From contig CAVYZY010000008.1 in NCBI GenBank assembly GCA_963773095.1, positions 266,589-330,588 on the forward strand: 64,000 nucleotides of DNA. Direction: 5' to 3'. A program made the translations under genes and the position numbers. This stretch comes from an uncultured Gemmatimonadales bacterium (GTDB taxonomy: Bacteria; Gemmatimonadota; Gemmatimonadetes; Gemmatimonadales; GWC2-71-9). Position 1 is the first letter of the stretch, and the number at the start of each line of letters is the position of its first letter. The notes under the pieces are model-generated. The model ran no database searches and was not told the origin of the DNA. It was given only the letters and a program-made list of their open reading frames with translations. Positions 55,694 to 64,000 of the stretch are shown here, in pieces.

Positions 55694-56989
55694 ATGACAA
55701 TGACTTACATCAACGAACTCCCGCGCCACGTCGGCGAAACGGTGACGCTCCGCGGGTGGATCATGACCACCCGTTCGAGCGGAAAGATCGCGTTCCTCGT
55801 GCTGCGCGACGGCTCGGGCTACGTACAGGGCGTGCTCTCCAGGCGGGAAGTGCCGGAGGACACCTGGGCGCTGTTCCTGACCCTCGCCCAGGAATCTTCG
55901 GTGGCGGTGACCGGAGTCGTGCGGGAGGACCCGCGCGCGCCGGCCGGTGTCGAGCTCACGGTGACGGGGCTCGAGGTGCTGGGAACGAGCGTCGATTTCC
56001 CGGTCTCGCCCAAGGAGCACGGGACGCAGTTCCTGTTCGAGCAGCGGCACCTGTGGCTGCGCAGCCGGCGGCAGGTGGCGATCGCGCGGGTGCGGCACGA
56101 GGTGGTGCAGTCGATCCGCGACTTCTTCTACCAGCGCGACTTCGTGCTGGTGGACACGCCGATCCTCACCGGTGCCATCGGCGAGGAGGCGGGCAACCTG
56201 TTCTCGACCGACTACTTCGACCTCGGCAAGGCGTACCTGGCGCAGACAGGCCAGCTCTACGTGGAGGCCGCCGCTGCCGCGCTCGGACGGGTGTACTGCT
56301 TCGGCCCCACGTTCCGGGCGGAGAAGTCGAAGACGCGGCGCCACCTCACGGAGTTCTGGATGGTGGAGCCGGAGGTGGCGTTCAATGACTCGAACGACAA
56401 CATGCGCCTGCAGGAAGAGTTCGTGAGCTACATCGTGGGGCGCGCGCTCGAGCGCTGCGCCGAGCAGCTCAAGGAGCTGGAGCGGGACACGGCGGCACTC
56501 GAGCGGGTGAAGGCACCGTTCGCGCGGATCAGCTACACCGACGCGGTGGCGACGCTCAACCGGCTTGGCTCGGACATGCAGTGGGGGCACGACCTGGGCG
56601 GTGACGACGAGACGCTCCTGGCGCAGCAGTACGACCGCCCGGTGTTCGTCTTCAACTATCCCAAGGGCGTGAAGGCGTTCTACATGAAGGAGAACCCGGA
56701 GGATCCCCGGACCGTCCTGAACAACGACTGCCTGGCTCCGGAGGGTTACGGCGAGATCATCGGCGGGTCACAGCGGGAAGACGACTACGACAGGCTGCTG
56801 GCGCGCATTCTGGCGCAGGGGCTGGATCCGGAGGCGTACCGCTGGTACCTGGACCTGAGGAAATACGGCACCTTCGTGCACTCGGGATTCGGGCTGGGCG
56901 TGGAGCGGACGGTGGCGTGGATCAGCGGGATTCAACACGTCAGGGAAGCGATCGCGTTCCCGAGGCAACTGCACAGGCTGTACCCGTGA
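55694..56989 (+). CDS. asnS: Asparaginyl-tRNA synthetase
   Basis: OB-fold N-domain, class II motifs FRAEKSKTRRHLTEFWMVEPE and GFGLGVERTV. Length 431 aa is typical of AsnRS. Confidence 0.92.
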   Translation: MTMTYINELPRHVGETVTLRGWIMTTRSSGKIAFLVLRDGSGYVQGVLSRREVPEDTWALFLTLAQESSVAVTGVVREDPRAPAGVELTVTGLEVLGTSVDFPVSPKEHGTQFLFEQRHLWLRSRRQVAIARVRHEVVQSIRDFFYQRDFVLVDTPILTGAIGEEAGNLFSTDYFDLGKAYLAQTGQLYVEAAAAALGRVYCFGPTFRAEKSKTRRHLTEFWMVEPEVAFNDSNDNMRLQEEFVSYIVGRALERCAEQLKELERDTAALERVKAPFARISYTDAVATLNRLGSDMQWGHDLGGDDETLLAQQYDRPVFVFNYPKGVKAFYMKENPEDPRTVLNNDCLAPEGYGEIIGGSQREDDYDRLLARILAQGLDPEAYRWYLDLRKYGTFVHSGFGLGVERTVAWISGIQHVREAIAFPRQLHRLYP

Positions 56990-56993
56990 CGGG

Positions 56994-57062
56994 GTCGAGA
57001 GTCCAGAGTTGAGAGTCCAGAGTTAGCGTCAGGCTCTGGACTCTGGACCCTCAACTCTTGAC
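56994..57062. repeat. Palindromic repeat element (GAGAGTCCAGAGTT x2 | loop | inverted copies) between convergent asnS and mazG
   Basis: GAGTCCAGA (57013-57021) pairs perfectly with TCTGGACTC (57035-57043). 22 of 28 arm positions are complementary. The mazG stop lies in the right arm. Confidence 0.8.
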
Positions 57063-57809
57063 CTCTTTGCCTTTCACCTCGTCCCACAGGCCATCCAGCA
57101 CTTCAAGCCCCGCGCCATGCATGTCGATCCCCTTCTCGCCGGCCATGCGCTCGATTTCGGCGAAGCGGCGGCGGAACTTCGCGTTGGTGCGATCGAGGGC
57201 GGGGCCGGGATGAACACCGGCCTTGCGCGCCAGGTTGACGACGGCGAAGAGGAGGTCACCGATCTCGTCGGCGAGGGCGTCGTGGCCATCCTGACCGACT
57301 GACAGCTCCTCCTCGACCTCCTCGAGTTCCTCCCGCACCTTGTTGAGCGGTCCACCGACGTCGGGCCAGTCGAAGCCGACGCTCGCGGCGCGTTCCTGCA
57401 GCCGGTACGCCATGAGCAGGTCTGGCAGGGTGGGCGGGAGGCCCTCGAGGAGGCCCTTCCGTCCTTCCTTCCGCTTGAGCTGTTCCCACGGCTCGCGGGG
57501 GCCGAGGTTGAAGAGGTGGGGATGGCGGCGCTCCATCTTGCGCACGACGCGATCGGCGATGTCATCGGGAGTGGCCTCGCCGCGTTCTTCGGCGATCACG
57601 AACTGCCAGGCGAGGTGGAGCAGGAAGTCGCCGAGTTCCTCGCGGATGGCGTCGGGATCCTCTTCGCGGAGCGCGTGATCGAGCTCAAGGACTTCCTCGA
57701 CGAGGTAAGGACGCAGCGTCTCCCGGGTCTGCGCGCGATCCCAGGCGCAGCGCACGCGCAGGTCCTTTACGAGGTCGAGCACCCGCTCCAGCGGCGGCCT
57801 GTCTTGCAT
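57051..57809 (-). CDS. mazG: Nucleoside triphosphate pyrophosphohydrolase MazG (tandem MazG domains)
   Basis: Two EExxE...ELGD-type motifs (EEVLELDHAL...ELGDFLLHL and ELEEVEEEL...EIGDLLFAVVNLAR). ATG 57809 with GGAGAAG upstream is preferred over the track start 57863. Confidence 0.88.
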   Translation of the reverse strand: MQDRPPLERVLDLVKDLRVRCAWDRAQTRETLRPYLVEEVLELDHALREEDPDAIREELGDFLLHLAWQFVIAEERGEATPDDIADRVVRKMERRHPHLFNLGPREPWEQLKRKEGRKGLLEGLPPTLPDLLMAYRLQERAASVGFDWPDVGGPLNKVREELEEVEEELSVGQDGHDALADEIGDLLFAVVNLARKAGVHPGPALDRTNAKFRRRFAEIERMAGEKGIDMHGAGLEVLDGLWDEVKGKEVKS

Positions 57810-57841
57810 GGCTTCTCCGTCCCGGTAGTTTACGCGCCGAC

Positions 57842-58909
57842 ATGGCAATACTCGAGCCGACACAGCAACGCGCGTGGGTGGACGTGGATCTCACGGCAGT
57901 GGTGAGAAACGCGCGCACGATCGCGAACCGGTCACGCGCCCGGCTGCTGCCGATGGTCAAAGCTAACGGCTACGGACTGGGGGCCGTGCGGGTGAGCCGG
58001 GCGCTGGAGGTGCTCGACCCGTGGGGCTTCGGTGTGGCGACCGTAGCCGAGGGCGTGGAGCTGCGCGCTGCGGAGATCAGGCGCCCGATCGTGGTGTTCT
58101 CGCCGGTCGTTCCCGCGAGTTTCGCCGAGTGCATTGCACATGACCTCCGGCCGTCGCTGGGCGACGTAGCCTCCCTGGCCGCCTGGATCCCCAGCGGCAA
58201 GCCCTTCCATCTCGAAATCGACACTGGCATGGCGCGCGCCGGGCTGCGCTGGAGCGACGGCACCGCCCTCGCCGACGCGGCGCGGTTGCTGGCTGGTGCC
58301 GCCGGACTTGAAGGGGTGTTCACCCATTTCCATTCGGCGGACACCGATCCCGCCGCGACGGCAGTGCAGTGGGAGCGCTTCGAGATGGTGCTGAGCGCGC
58401 TGCCGTCGCGCCCTCCCCTCGTGCATGCCGCCAATAGTGCCGCTGCGCTGGCGGGCACCCGCTTCGCGGCCGACCTGGTGCGGCCGGGCATCTTTCTTTA
58501 CGGCGGCGCGGCAGGCGGGATGGCGCCCGAACCGGTGGCGCGGCTGTGCGCGCGGGTGGTGGCGACGCGTCATCTGCAGGCCGGGGACCCGGTGAGCTAC
58601 GGCGCCACCTGGATCGCGCCGGGCCCGGTGGTGGCGGCGACGCTCGGCATCGGCTACGCGGACGGCGTGCCCCGGTCGCTCTCCAACCACGGCGCCATCG
58701 AGGTGCGGGGGCGCCGCTGCTCGATCCTCGGGCGGGTCACGATGGACATGACGGTGATCGAGTCGGACGCGGCCATTGGCGACGTCGCGACGGTGTTCGG
58801 CGGGATCGTGACGCTGGACCAGCAGGCGGTGGCGGCAGGCACGATCAGCTACGAGCTGCTCACCTCGCTCTCGGCCCGCGTCGAGCGCCGCTACATCGAG
58901 GCGTCATGA
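57842..58909 (+). CDS. alr: Alanine racemase
   Basis: PLP-Lys motif LLPMVKANGYGLG; later THFHSAD and SYG..W, RVTMDM blocks. Confidence 0.88.
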   Translation: MAILEPTQQRAWVDVDLTAVVRNARTIANRSRARLLPMVKANGYGLGAVRVSRALEVLDPWGFGVATVAEGVELRAAEIRRPIVVFSPVVPASFAECIAHDLRPSLGDVASLAAWIPSGKPFHLEIDTGMARAGLRWSDGTALADAARLLAGAAGLEGVFTHFHSADTDPAATAVQWERFEMVLSALPSRPPLVHAANSAAALAGTRFAADLVRPGIFLYGGAAGGMAPEPVARLCARVVATRHLQAGDPVSYGATWIAPGPVVAATLGIGYADGVPRSLSNHGAIEVRGRRCSILGRVTMDMTVIESDAAIGDVATVFGGIVTLDQQAVAAGTISYELLTSLSARVERRYIEAS

Positions 58910-60081
58910 GTCGCGCGCGGCGGGCGGCGATCATCGTGCTCGATGGCCTGGGATGCGGGCCGGCTCCCGACACGGCGGCGTACGGGGATGCCGGCAGCGA
59001 CACGCTGGGCAACGTGGCGCGTTCGGTGGGCGGCCTGACGCTGCCCAACCTCGAGCGACTGGGGCTGGGGCTCTGCGCGCCGATCCGCGGAGTGGCCCCG
59101 GTCGCGGCGCCGATGGCGGCGCACGGCGTGGCGGAGCCGGTGAGTCCGGGGAAGGACAGCACGACGGGCCACTGGGAACTCTGCGGATTGGTGCTGTCCA
59201 AGCCGTTCGCCACCTATCCGCGCGGCTTTCCGCCGGAGCTGCTGGCGGAGTTCTCGCGCCGCACCGGGCGCGGCGTGCTGGGGAACAAGGCGGCGTCGGG
59301 CACGGTGATCCTCGATGAGCTGGGGGCGCAGCACCTCCGCACCGGCGACTGGATCGTGTACACGTCGGCCGACAGCGTCTTCCAGGTGGCGGCGCACCAG
59401 GAGACGGTAGCGCTCGCCGAGCTGTATCGCGCGTGTGGCATCGCGCGGGAGATGCTCACGGGCGAGCATGCGGTGTCGCGCGTGATCGCGCGGCCATTCG
59501 TGGGGACGCCAGGCCACTGGACGCGGACGCCCAACCGGAAGGACCTGAGCCTCGCGCCGCCCGGGCCGACGCTGCTCGATGGGCTGGCCGAGGCGCAGGT
59601 GCCGGTGGTGGGCGTGGGAAAGGTGGACGACCTCTTTGCCGGGCGGGGAATCAGCAGCCGGCACACCGCCACGAACGCCGAGGCGTACCGGCTCATCGGC
59701 GAGGCGCTGGGGAGCCTGGAGCGCGGGTTCCTCTTCGCCAACGTGATCGAGTTCGACCAGAGCTGGGGGCACCGGAACGACGTGCCGGGTTTCCACCGGG
59801 GGCTGCTCGAGCTCGACGCCGCCCTGCCGGGGCTGCTCGGCTCCGGACGGGCGGACGACCTGATTATCTTCACCGCGGACCACGGCAACGATCCAACGAC
59901 GCCCTCCACCGATCATTCTCGCGAGGTGGTGCCGCTGCTGGTCTGGGGCCCGAAGGTGCGGCCGGTCGCACTGGGAGTGCGGCGCAGCTTCGCCGATGTG
60001 GGACAGACGGTAGCGGAGTTCCTCGGCGCGGCGAAGCTGCCCGCCGGCGACTCATTTCTTCATGAGGTCTGGCGTGACTGA
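58906..60081 (+). CDS. deoB: Phosphopentomutase
   Basis: AIIVLDGLGCG, GKDSTTGHWE, NVIEFDQSWGHRND, TADHGNDPT. ATGA overlap with alr. In frame with track ORF 58546-60081. Confidence 0.9.
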   Translation: MSRARRAAIIVLDGLGCGPAPDTAAYGDAGSDTLGNVARSVGGLTLPNLERLGLGLCAPIRGVAPVAAPMAAHGVAEPVSPGKDSTTGHWELCGLVLSKPFATYPRGFPPELLAEFSRRTGRGVLGNKAASGTVILDELGAQHLRTGDWIVYTSADSVFQVAAHQETVALAELYRACGIAREMLTGEHAVSRVIARPFVGTPGHWTRTPNRKDLSLAPPGPTLLDGLAEAQVPVVGVGKVDDLFAGRGISSRHTATNAEAYRLIGEALGSLERGFLFANVIEFDQSWGHRNDVPGFHRGLLELDAALPGLLGSGRADDLIIFTADHGNDPTTPSTDHSREVVPLLVWGPKVRPVALGVRRSFADVGQTVAEFLGAAKLPAGDSFLHEVWRD

Positions 60082-60460
60082 AACGCTGGTCGCGGCGGCG
60101 CGCCGCGCGCAGCAGCAGGCTTATGCCCCGTACTCGAGATACCAGGTGGGTGCCGCGCTCGAGGCGGAGGATGGGCAGATCTACACCGGCTGCAACATCG
60201 AGAACGCGTCCTTCGGGCTCACGATCTGCGCGGAGCGCACGGCCGTGGCCACGGCGGTGACGGCGGGCGCGCGGCGGTTCCGTCGCATCGCCATCGTGGT
60301 GGGGAGCGAGCCGCCGGCGATGCCGTGCGGCGCCTGCCGCCAGGTGCTGGCCGAGTTCGGCCTCGACCTGGCGGGCGAATCGGTGGGCCCGAAGACCCGC
60401 GTGACCTGGACCCTGCGCAACCTCCTGCCCGACGCCTTCGGCCCCGGCAACCTGGCATGA
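60062..60460 (+). CDS. cdd: Cytidine deaminase
   Basis: AYAPYSRYQVGAAL, zinc ligands CAERTA and PCGACRQ. Confidence 0.9.
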   Translation: MRSGVTETLVAAARRAQQQAYAPYSRYQVGAALEAEDGQIYTGCNIENASFGLTICAERTAVATAVTAGARRFRRIAIVVGSEPPAMPCGACRQVLAEFGLDLAGESVGPKTRVTWTLRNLLPDAFGPGNLA

Positions 60461-61686
60461 CATCCCCGGCGGCGACGTCCCGGCGGCGATGGGTCGTGCC
60501 CGCCTTCCTCGCGGTGGTCGCGGTGGTCTCGGGCGCGTGCTCCGAGAAGCTCCTTACCCCGGCCAACTGTCCGGAACTCTGTCCCGGCGGGCAGATCGTG
60601 GTCTACGACACGGTGCTCACGCCGATCGCGGGTGCAGACAGCTCGTTCTCGGGCTATGTGGCGGCCAACCAGTCGACCGGGTTCCTGGTGAGCAACAACC
60701 TGCCGGCGGCGGATGCGCGCGGGTTCGTGCGGTTCGTGCGGCGGAGCGACACCGTGTTCGTGCAGGACACGGCGCGGACCTACACCATCGACTCGGTGAA
60801 GATCTCGCTCACGCTCGATGCGCGGGACACGCTGCAAGGTGGAATCTTCCTGCTGCTATACAAGCTGCCGCCCACGGTGGACTCGAACGCGACGTTCAGC
60901 GAACTGACGGCGGCGTTTACCCCCGAGGCGTTCCTGGACACGGTGGAAGTACCGGACACGCTGCTCACCGGGAAGCTCTCGGCGCTGTTTTCCGGGGAGA
61001 CCCTGGCCCGGGTGGCCCTGGCGCCAGGGGACTCGGGGGTGCTGCGGCTCGGCGTGGCGCTGACCGCCCCGGCCGCAACCGGGGTGCGGATGCTCACGCT
61101 GCGGGCAGGCAGCGGAGCGCCAACGTTCCAGACCTTCGTGCATGCGTCGGTCACGGACACGACACTGCAGCCGCAGACCATCACGCGCATTCCCAGCTAC
61201 AACAGCTACGTCACGGCGGCGCCTTTTCCGGGGCCGACGCCGACCACGCTGGTCGTCGGTGGCGCGCCCTCGGCGCGGGCGCTGATGCGCTTCCCGTGGC
61301 CGTCGGTGCTCAAGGACACCGCGGAGATCATCCGTGCCACGCTCGAACTGGTGCCGGTCGCGCCGATCGAGGGGCTCGCGAACGTCAACTCGAGCATGGT
61401 GGTGCAGGGGATCCTGGTGGACCTCGGCGCCAAGTCACCGACCATCGCGGACCCGACCGCCATCACCACCCTCAAGGTTCCCACGAGTCTGCCGCAGTCG
61501 TTCGAGGTGCTCAAGATCGTGAAGCTGTGGCAGGGTAGTGCCGGCCGGCCGCCGGCGCTGTTTGCACTGCTCTCGCCCGAGGGGTCGTCGTTCTCGGTGC
61601 CGGTGTTCGGCTCGACGGCCAACCCGACGTACCAGCCCCGCCTGCGCATCGAGTACGTGCGGCCATACCAGTTCGCGCTGCCGTGA
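60457..61686 (+). CDS. Lipoprotein of unknown function (409 aa)
   Basis: Lipobox VVSGAC after a basic N-terminus. ATGA overlap with cdd. Beta-rich sequence. No recognisable catalytic motif. Confidence 0.6.
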   Translation: MTSPAATSRRRWVVPAFLAVVAVVSGACSEKLLTPANCPELCPGGQIVVYDTVLTPIAGADSSFSGYVAANQSTGFLVSNNLPAADARGFVRFVRRSDTVFVQDTARTYTIDSVKISLTLDARDTLQGGIFLLLYKLPPTVDSNATFSELTAAFTPEAFLDTVEVPDTLLTGKLSALFSGETLARVALAPGDSGVLRLGVALTAPAATGVRMLTLRAGSGAPTFQTFVHASVTDTTLQPQTITRIPSYNSYVTAAPFPGPTPTTLVVGGAPSARALMRFPWPSVLKDTAEIIRATLELVPVAPIEGLANVNSSMVVQGILVDLGAKSPTIADPTAITTLKVPTSLPQSFEVLKIVKLWQGSAGRPPALFALLSPEGSSFSVPVFGSTANPTYQPRLRIEYVRPYQFALP

Positions 61687-62861
61687 GCGCGCGCCGACGG
61701 ACCTGGCTCGCGCTCGGGCTGCTCTGCTTCCCGGCCACACTGGCGGCGCAGGCGTCGATCTTCGGCGTGCGCGGCCCGGGCTTCCCGGGGCGGCCCTATT
61801 CGGCGGCCGCCATCGGCACCGGGGGGAGTATCGGCCTGTTCGATCCGCAGTCGCAGCTGAGCCCGGCGTCGCTGGGCCCGCTCCAGACCGGCGCCGGCTC
61901 GTTCACGCTGCTGGGCGACTTCCGCTCGGTGGACACGCCGGCGGGTTCCTCGCGCACGCGGGACTTCCGGTTCCCCAACGTCTACATCACGGCCCCGATC
62001 CGCCGCGGGCACTACGCCTTCGGTATCGGCGCCACGACGTACGTGGACCGTGACTTCACGCTGGCGGTGCGCGATTCGGTGGTGCTGCGCGACAGCGTGC
62101 GGGCGTACACCGACACGACGCGCTCGCGAGGCGGCCTGAGCGACCTGCAGCTCGCCTTCGCGATCCGGACGATCCCGAAGACCACCGTGGGCTTCGCAGT
62201 GCACCTCATCACCGGCACCGACCGGCTGGTGGCGCGGCGCGCGTTCGACGACACGAGCTACGCCACCGTGCTGCAGTCGGCGGAGCTGTCCACCACGTCG
62301 TGGGGCCTGGCGGTCGGCGCCACGCGCGACCTCAGCAGCAAGGTGACGCTGTCCGCGCTGATCCGGAAAGACTTCACCGCCAGCGTTCACGTCGACTCCG
62401 CGCTGTACGGCGGCGCCACCAGCCTCGGGGCCGACTACGGCCTGCCGTGGACCTTCGCCGGGGCGGGTCTGTTCCGGGTGACGCCGCTGCTGCAGGTGGC
62501 CACCCAGGCGGTGTATCGCACCTGGGCGTCGGCCAACCAGGGCATGGTGAGCCTGGGCGCCCCGGGCGCCAGCAACAGCCTGGAGTTGAGCGCCGGGGGC
62601 GAACTCACCTCGCGCGTGCGGCGCACGACCCAGTTCCCGCTCCGCATCGGCGTCCGTTACGCGACGCTGCCGTTCCTGATCGGCGAGGGCCCGACCACGC
62701 AGCCGCACGAGTTCGCGCTGTCGGTCGGCACCGGGGCGCGCTTCGCGCGGCAGAAAGGCGGGATCGACATCAGCCTCGAGCGAGTGTGGCGGAGTGCCAG
62801 CGGCACGGACATCTCCGAGCGCGCGTGGCTCCTGTACACCGGGTTCAGCATCCGACCGTAG
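61683..62861 (+). CDS. Secreted beta-barrel-like (outer-membrane?) protein of unknown function
   Basis: Signal peptide ...LLCFPATLAAQA. Alternating-strand pattern, Gly/aromatic-rich. GTGA overlap with the upstream lipoprotein gene. Confidence 0.55.
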   Translation: MSARRRTWLALGLLCFPATLAAQASIFGVRGPGFPGRPYSAAAIGTGGSIGLFDPQSQLSPASLGPLQTGAGSFTLLGDFRSVDTPAGSSRTRDFRFPNVYITAPIRRGHYAFGIGATTYVDRDFTLAVRDSVVLRDSVRAYTDTTRSRGGLSDLQLAFAIRTIPKTTVGFAVHLITGTDRLVARRAFDDTSYATVLQSAELSTTSWGLAVGATRDLSSKVTLSALIRKDFTASVHVDSALYGGATSLGADYGLPWTFAGAGLFRVTPLLQVATQAVYRTWASANQGMVSLGAPGASNSLELSAGGELTSRVRRTTQFPLRIGVRYATLPFLIGEGPTTQPHEFALSVGTGARFARQKGGIDISLERVWRSASGTDISERAWLLYTGFSIRP

Positions 62862-62901
62862 TGCCGTACCCCGCCGTCCCCTGACGGGGTATCTTTTCCC
62901 G

Positions 62902-64000
62902 ATGGCCAAGCGCGTCTACATCGAGACCTACGGCTGCCAGATGAACGTAGCCGACACCGAGCTCATGCTCGGCGTCCTGGCGCGTGACGGCTACGAGCAG
63001 GTGGATACGCCCGACGAGGCCGACGTCATGCTGGTGAACACCTGCGCCGTGCGGGAAAACGCGGAGCAGCGGGTGGCTGGCCGGGTGGGCGAGCTGCAGC
63101 GGTTCAAGCGGCGGGGCGACGTGCTGGGCGTGGTGGGCTGCATGGCACAGCGGCTCGGGCCGGCACTGCTGGAGAAGGCGCCGCGGGTGGACCTGGTGGT
63201 CGGACCCGACGGCTATCGGAATATCTCCATGCTGCTGGCGCAGGTGACGGCCGGGCAGCGGGTGACGGACACCGAGTTCCGCTCGTGGGAGCACTACGAG
63301 GACGTGCCGGCGGTGTGCGACGGATCGCCGACCCGCTTCGTGACGGTGCAGCGGGGCTGCGATTACAAGTGCACGTTCTGCATCGTTCCGTACACGCGCG
63401 GGCCGGAGCGGAGTCGCAAGCTGGAGGACGTGGTGGCGGAGGTGCGCCTGCTGGCGGCGAGCGGCACGTCGGAAGTGACGCTGCTGGGCCAGACAGTGAA
63501 CAGCTATCACGACGGCACGCACGACTTCGCCGATCTGCTGCGGGGCGTGGGCGCGGTGGACGGCATCCGGCGCCTGCGCTTCACCAGCCCATATCCCACG
63601 GACTTCACGCCGCGGGTGATCGCGGCGATGGCCGAGGTCGAGGCGGTGTGCGAGCACGTGCACCTGCCGGCACAGAGCGGATCGAACGCGGTCCTGCGGC
63701 GGATGCTGCGGCGCTACACCCGCGAGCGGTACCTCGAGGTCGTGCAGGAGCTGCGGTCGGCGATTCCCGGGCTCACCATCAGCACCGACCTCATCGTCGG
63801 GTTCCCGGGTGAGACGGAAGCGCAGTTCGCCGAGACGCTGTCGCTGGTGGGCGAGGCCGACTTCGACGAGGCGTATACTTTCAAGTACTCGGTGCGCGAG
63901 GGCACGCCGGCGGCGCGGCTGGCGGTTCATGTGGACGATGCCGTCGCGTCGGAGCGGCTCGACCGGCTGATCGGCGTAGTGCGGGCGCAGGCGCGCGGGC
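62902..64000 (+). CDS. miaB: tRNA-i6A37 methylthiotransferase MiaB (3' end cut by window edge)
   Basis: Not in the ORF track because it has no stop in the window. Read directly: MAKRVYIETYGCQMNVADTE, NTCAVRE, VVGCMAQ (MTTase Cys triad), radical-SAM CDYKCTFC, LVGFPGETE. Confidence 0.9.
   Translation, partial: MAKRVYIETYGCQMNVADTELMLGVLARDGYEQVDTPDEADVMLVNTCAVRENAEQRVAGRVGELQRFKRRGDVLGVVGCMAQRLGPALLEKAPRVDLVVGPDGYRNISMLLAQVTAGQRVTDTEFRSWEHYEDVPAVCDGSPTRFVTVQRGCDYKCTFCIVPYTRGPERSRKLEDVVAEVRLLAASGTSEVTLLGQTVNSYHDGTHDFADLLRGVGAVDGIRRLRFTSPYPTDFTPRVIAAMAEVEAVCEHVHLPAQSGSNAVLRRMLRRYTRERYLEVVQELRSAIPGLTISTDLIVGFPGETEAQFAETLSLVGEADFDEAYTFKYSVREGTPAARLAVHVDDAVASERLDRLIGVVRAQARG

Noticed and set aside
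54149-56590. 813-aa minus-strand ORF.
   Set aside because: Only 54149-55564 is glutamate dehydrogenase. The rest is antisense to asnS and has no protein-like features.
63285-63812. Plus-strand ORFs 63285-63812 and 63714-63905(-) inside the miaB region.
   Set aside because: They are out of frame with the clear MiaB reading frame (62902 onward) and translate to Arg/Gly-rich nonsense.

Overview
The window is very GC-rich by eye (not computed), densely coding, and almost all genes sit on the + strand. I could run no searches. All calls rest on reading the translations for family motifs and reading the DNA for repeats and hairpins. The taxon is undetermined. The gene content (MglA, PATAN, many TPR proteins, multiheme-TPR fusion, sulfatases) looks like a soil Gemmatimonadota, Acidobacteriota or Myxococcota type genome, but that is only an inference.

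Layout:
1. nt 3-16559: a 16-gene, translationally coupled operon. A complete chemosensory core (CheA, CheC ... CheR, CheD, CheB, CheW, CheW) encloses an MglA small-GTPase module. That module has three Roadblock/LC7 domains, two PATAN/DUF4388-TPR proteins, further TPR proteins, and a two-headed DnaA/Hda-like AAA+ protein that lacks a DNA-binding domain. This is the most novel-looking system in the window.
2. nt 16.5-19.9 kb: an MA-type peptidase-like gene, a small membrane protein, tRNA-Val, a Lys-rich secreted TPR-like protein and tRNA-Asp.
3. nt 19.9-36.5 kb: a dcw division/cell-wall cluster, rsmH-ftsL-ftsI-murE-murF-mraY-murD-ftsW-murG-murC-ftsQ-ftsA-ftsZ, followed by an M23 peptidase. It has no mraZ, murB or ddl.
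4. nt 36.7-51 kb: a mixed-strand accessory stretch. It holds two Cys-type sulfatases, a small beta-barrel protein, an orphan hisA, an octaheme cytochrome-TPR lipoprotein, DUF2252, a HAD hydrolase, a duplicated-domain lipoprotein, an EEP nuclease/phosphatase and a large membrane protein.
5. nt 51-64 kb: housekeeping genes ftsY, recG, gdh, asnS, mazG, alr, deoB, cdd, a lipoprotein plus beta-barrel pair, and miaB (3' end cut by the window).

Features not explained by ordinary annotation:
- An in-frame 9-nt tandem array (GCGGGGARG)n, G-quadruplex capable, inserted in three unrelated genes. An inverted pair of the same array sits at the end of the big operon.
- A family of gene-end hairpins whose arms are tandem heptamer arrays (GTRAGCR and relatives).
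- Two apparent frameshifts: a G7 run in the DnaA-like gene, and a 1-nt insertion in ftsI.
- recG has no stop codon before its convergent hairpin.
- A roughly 60-aa two-helix hydrophobic insertion in one sulfatase.
- An exact 18-bp tandem duplication in an AT-richer promoter region.

The many long antisense or out-of-frame ORFs in the track are GC-driven shadow ORFs and were rejected.
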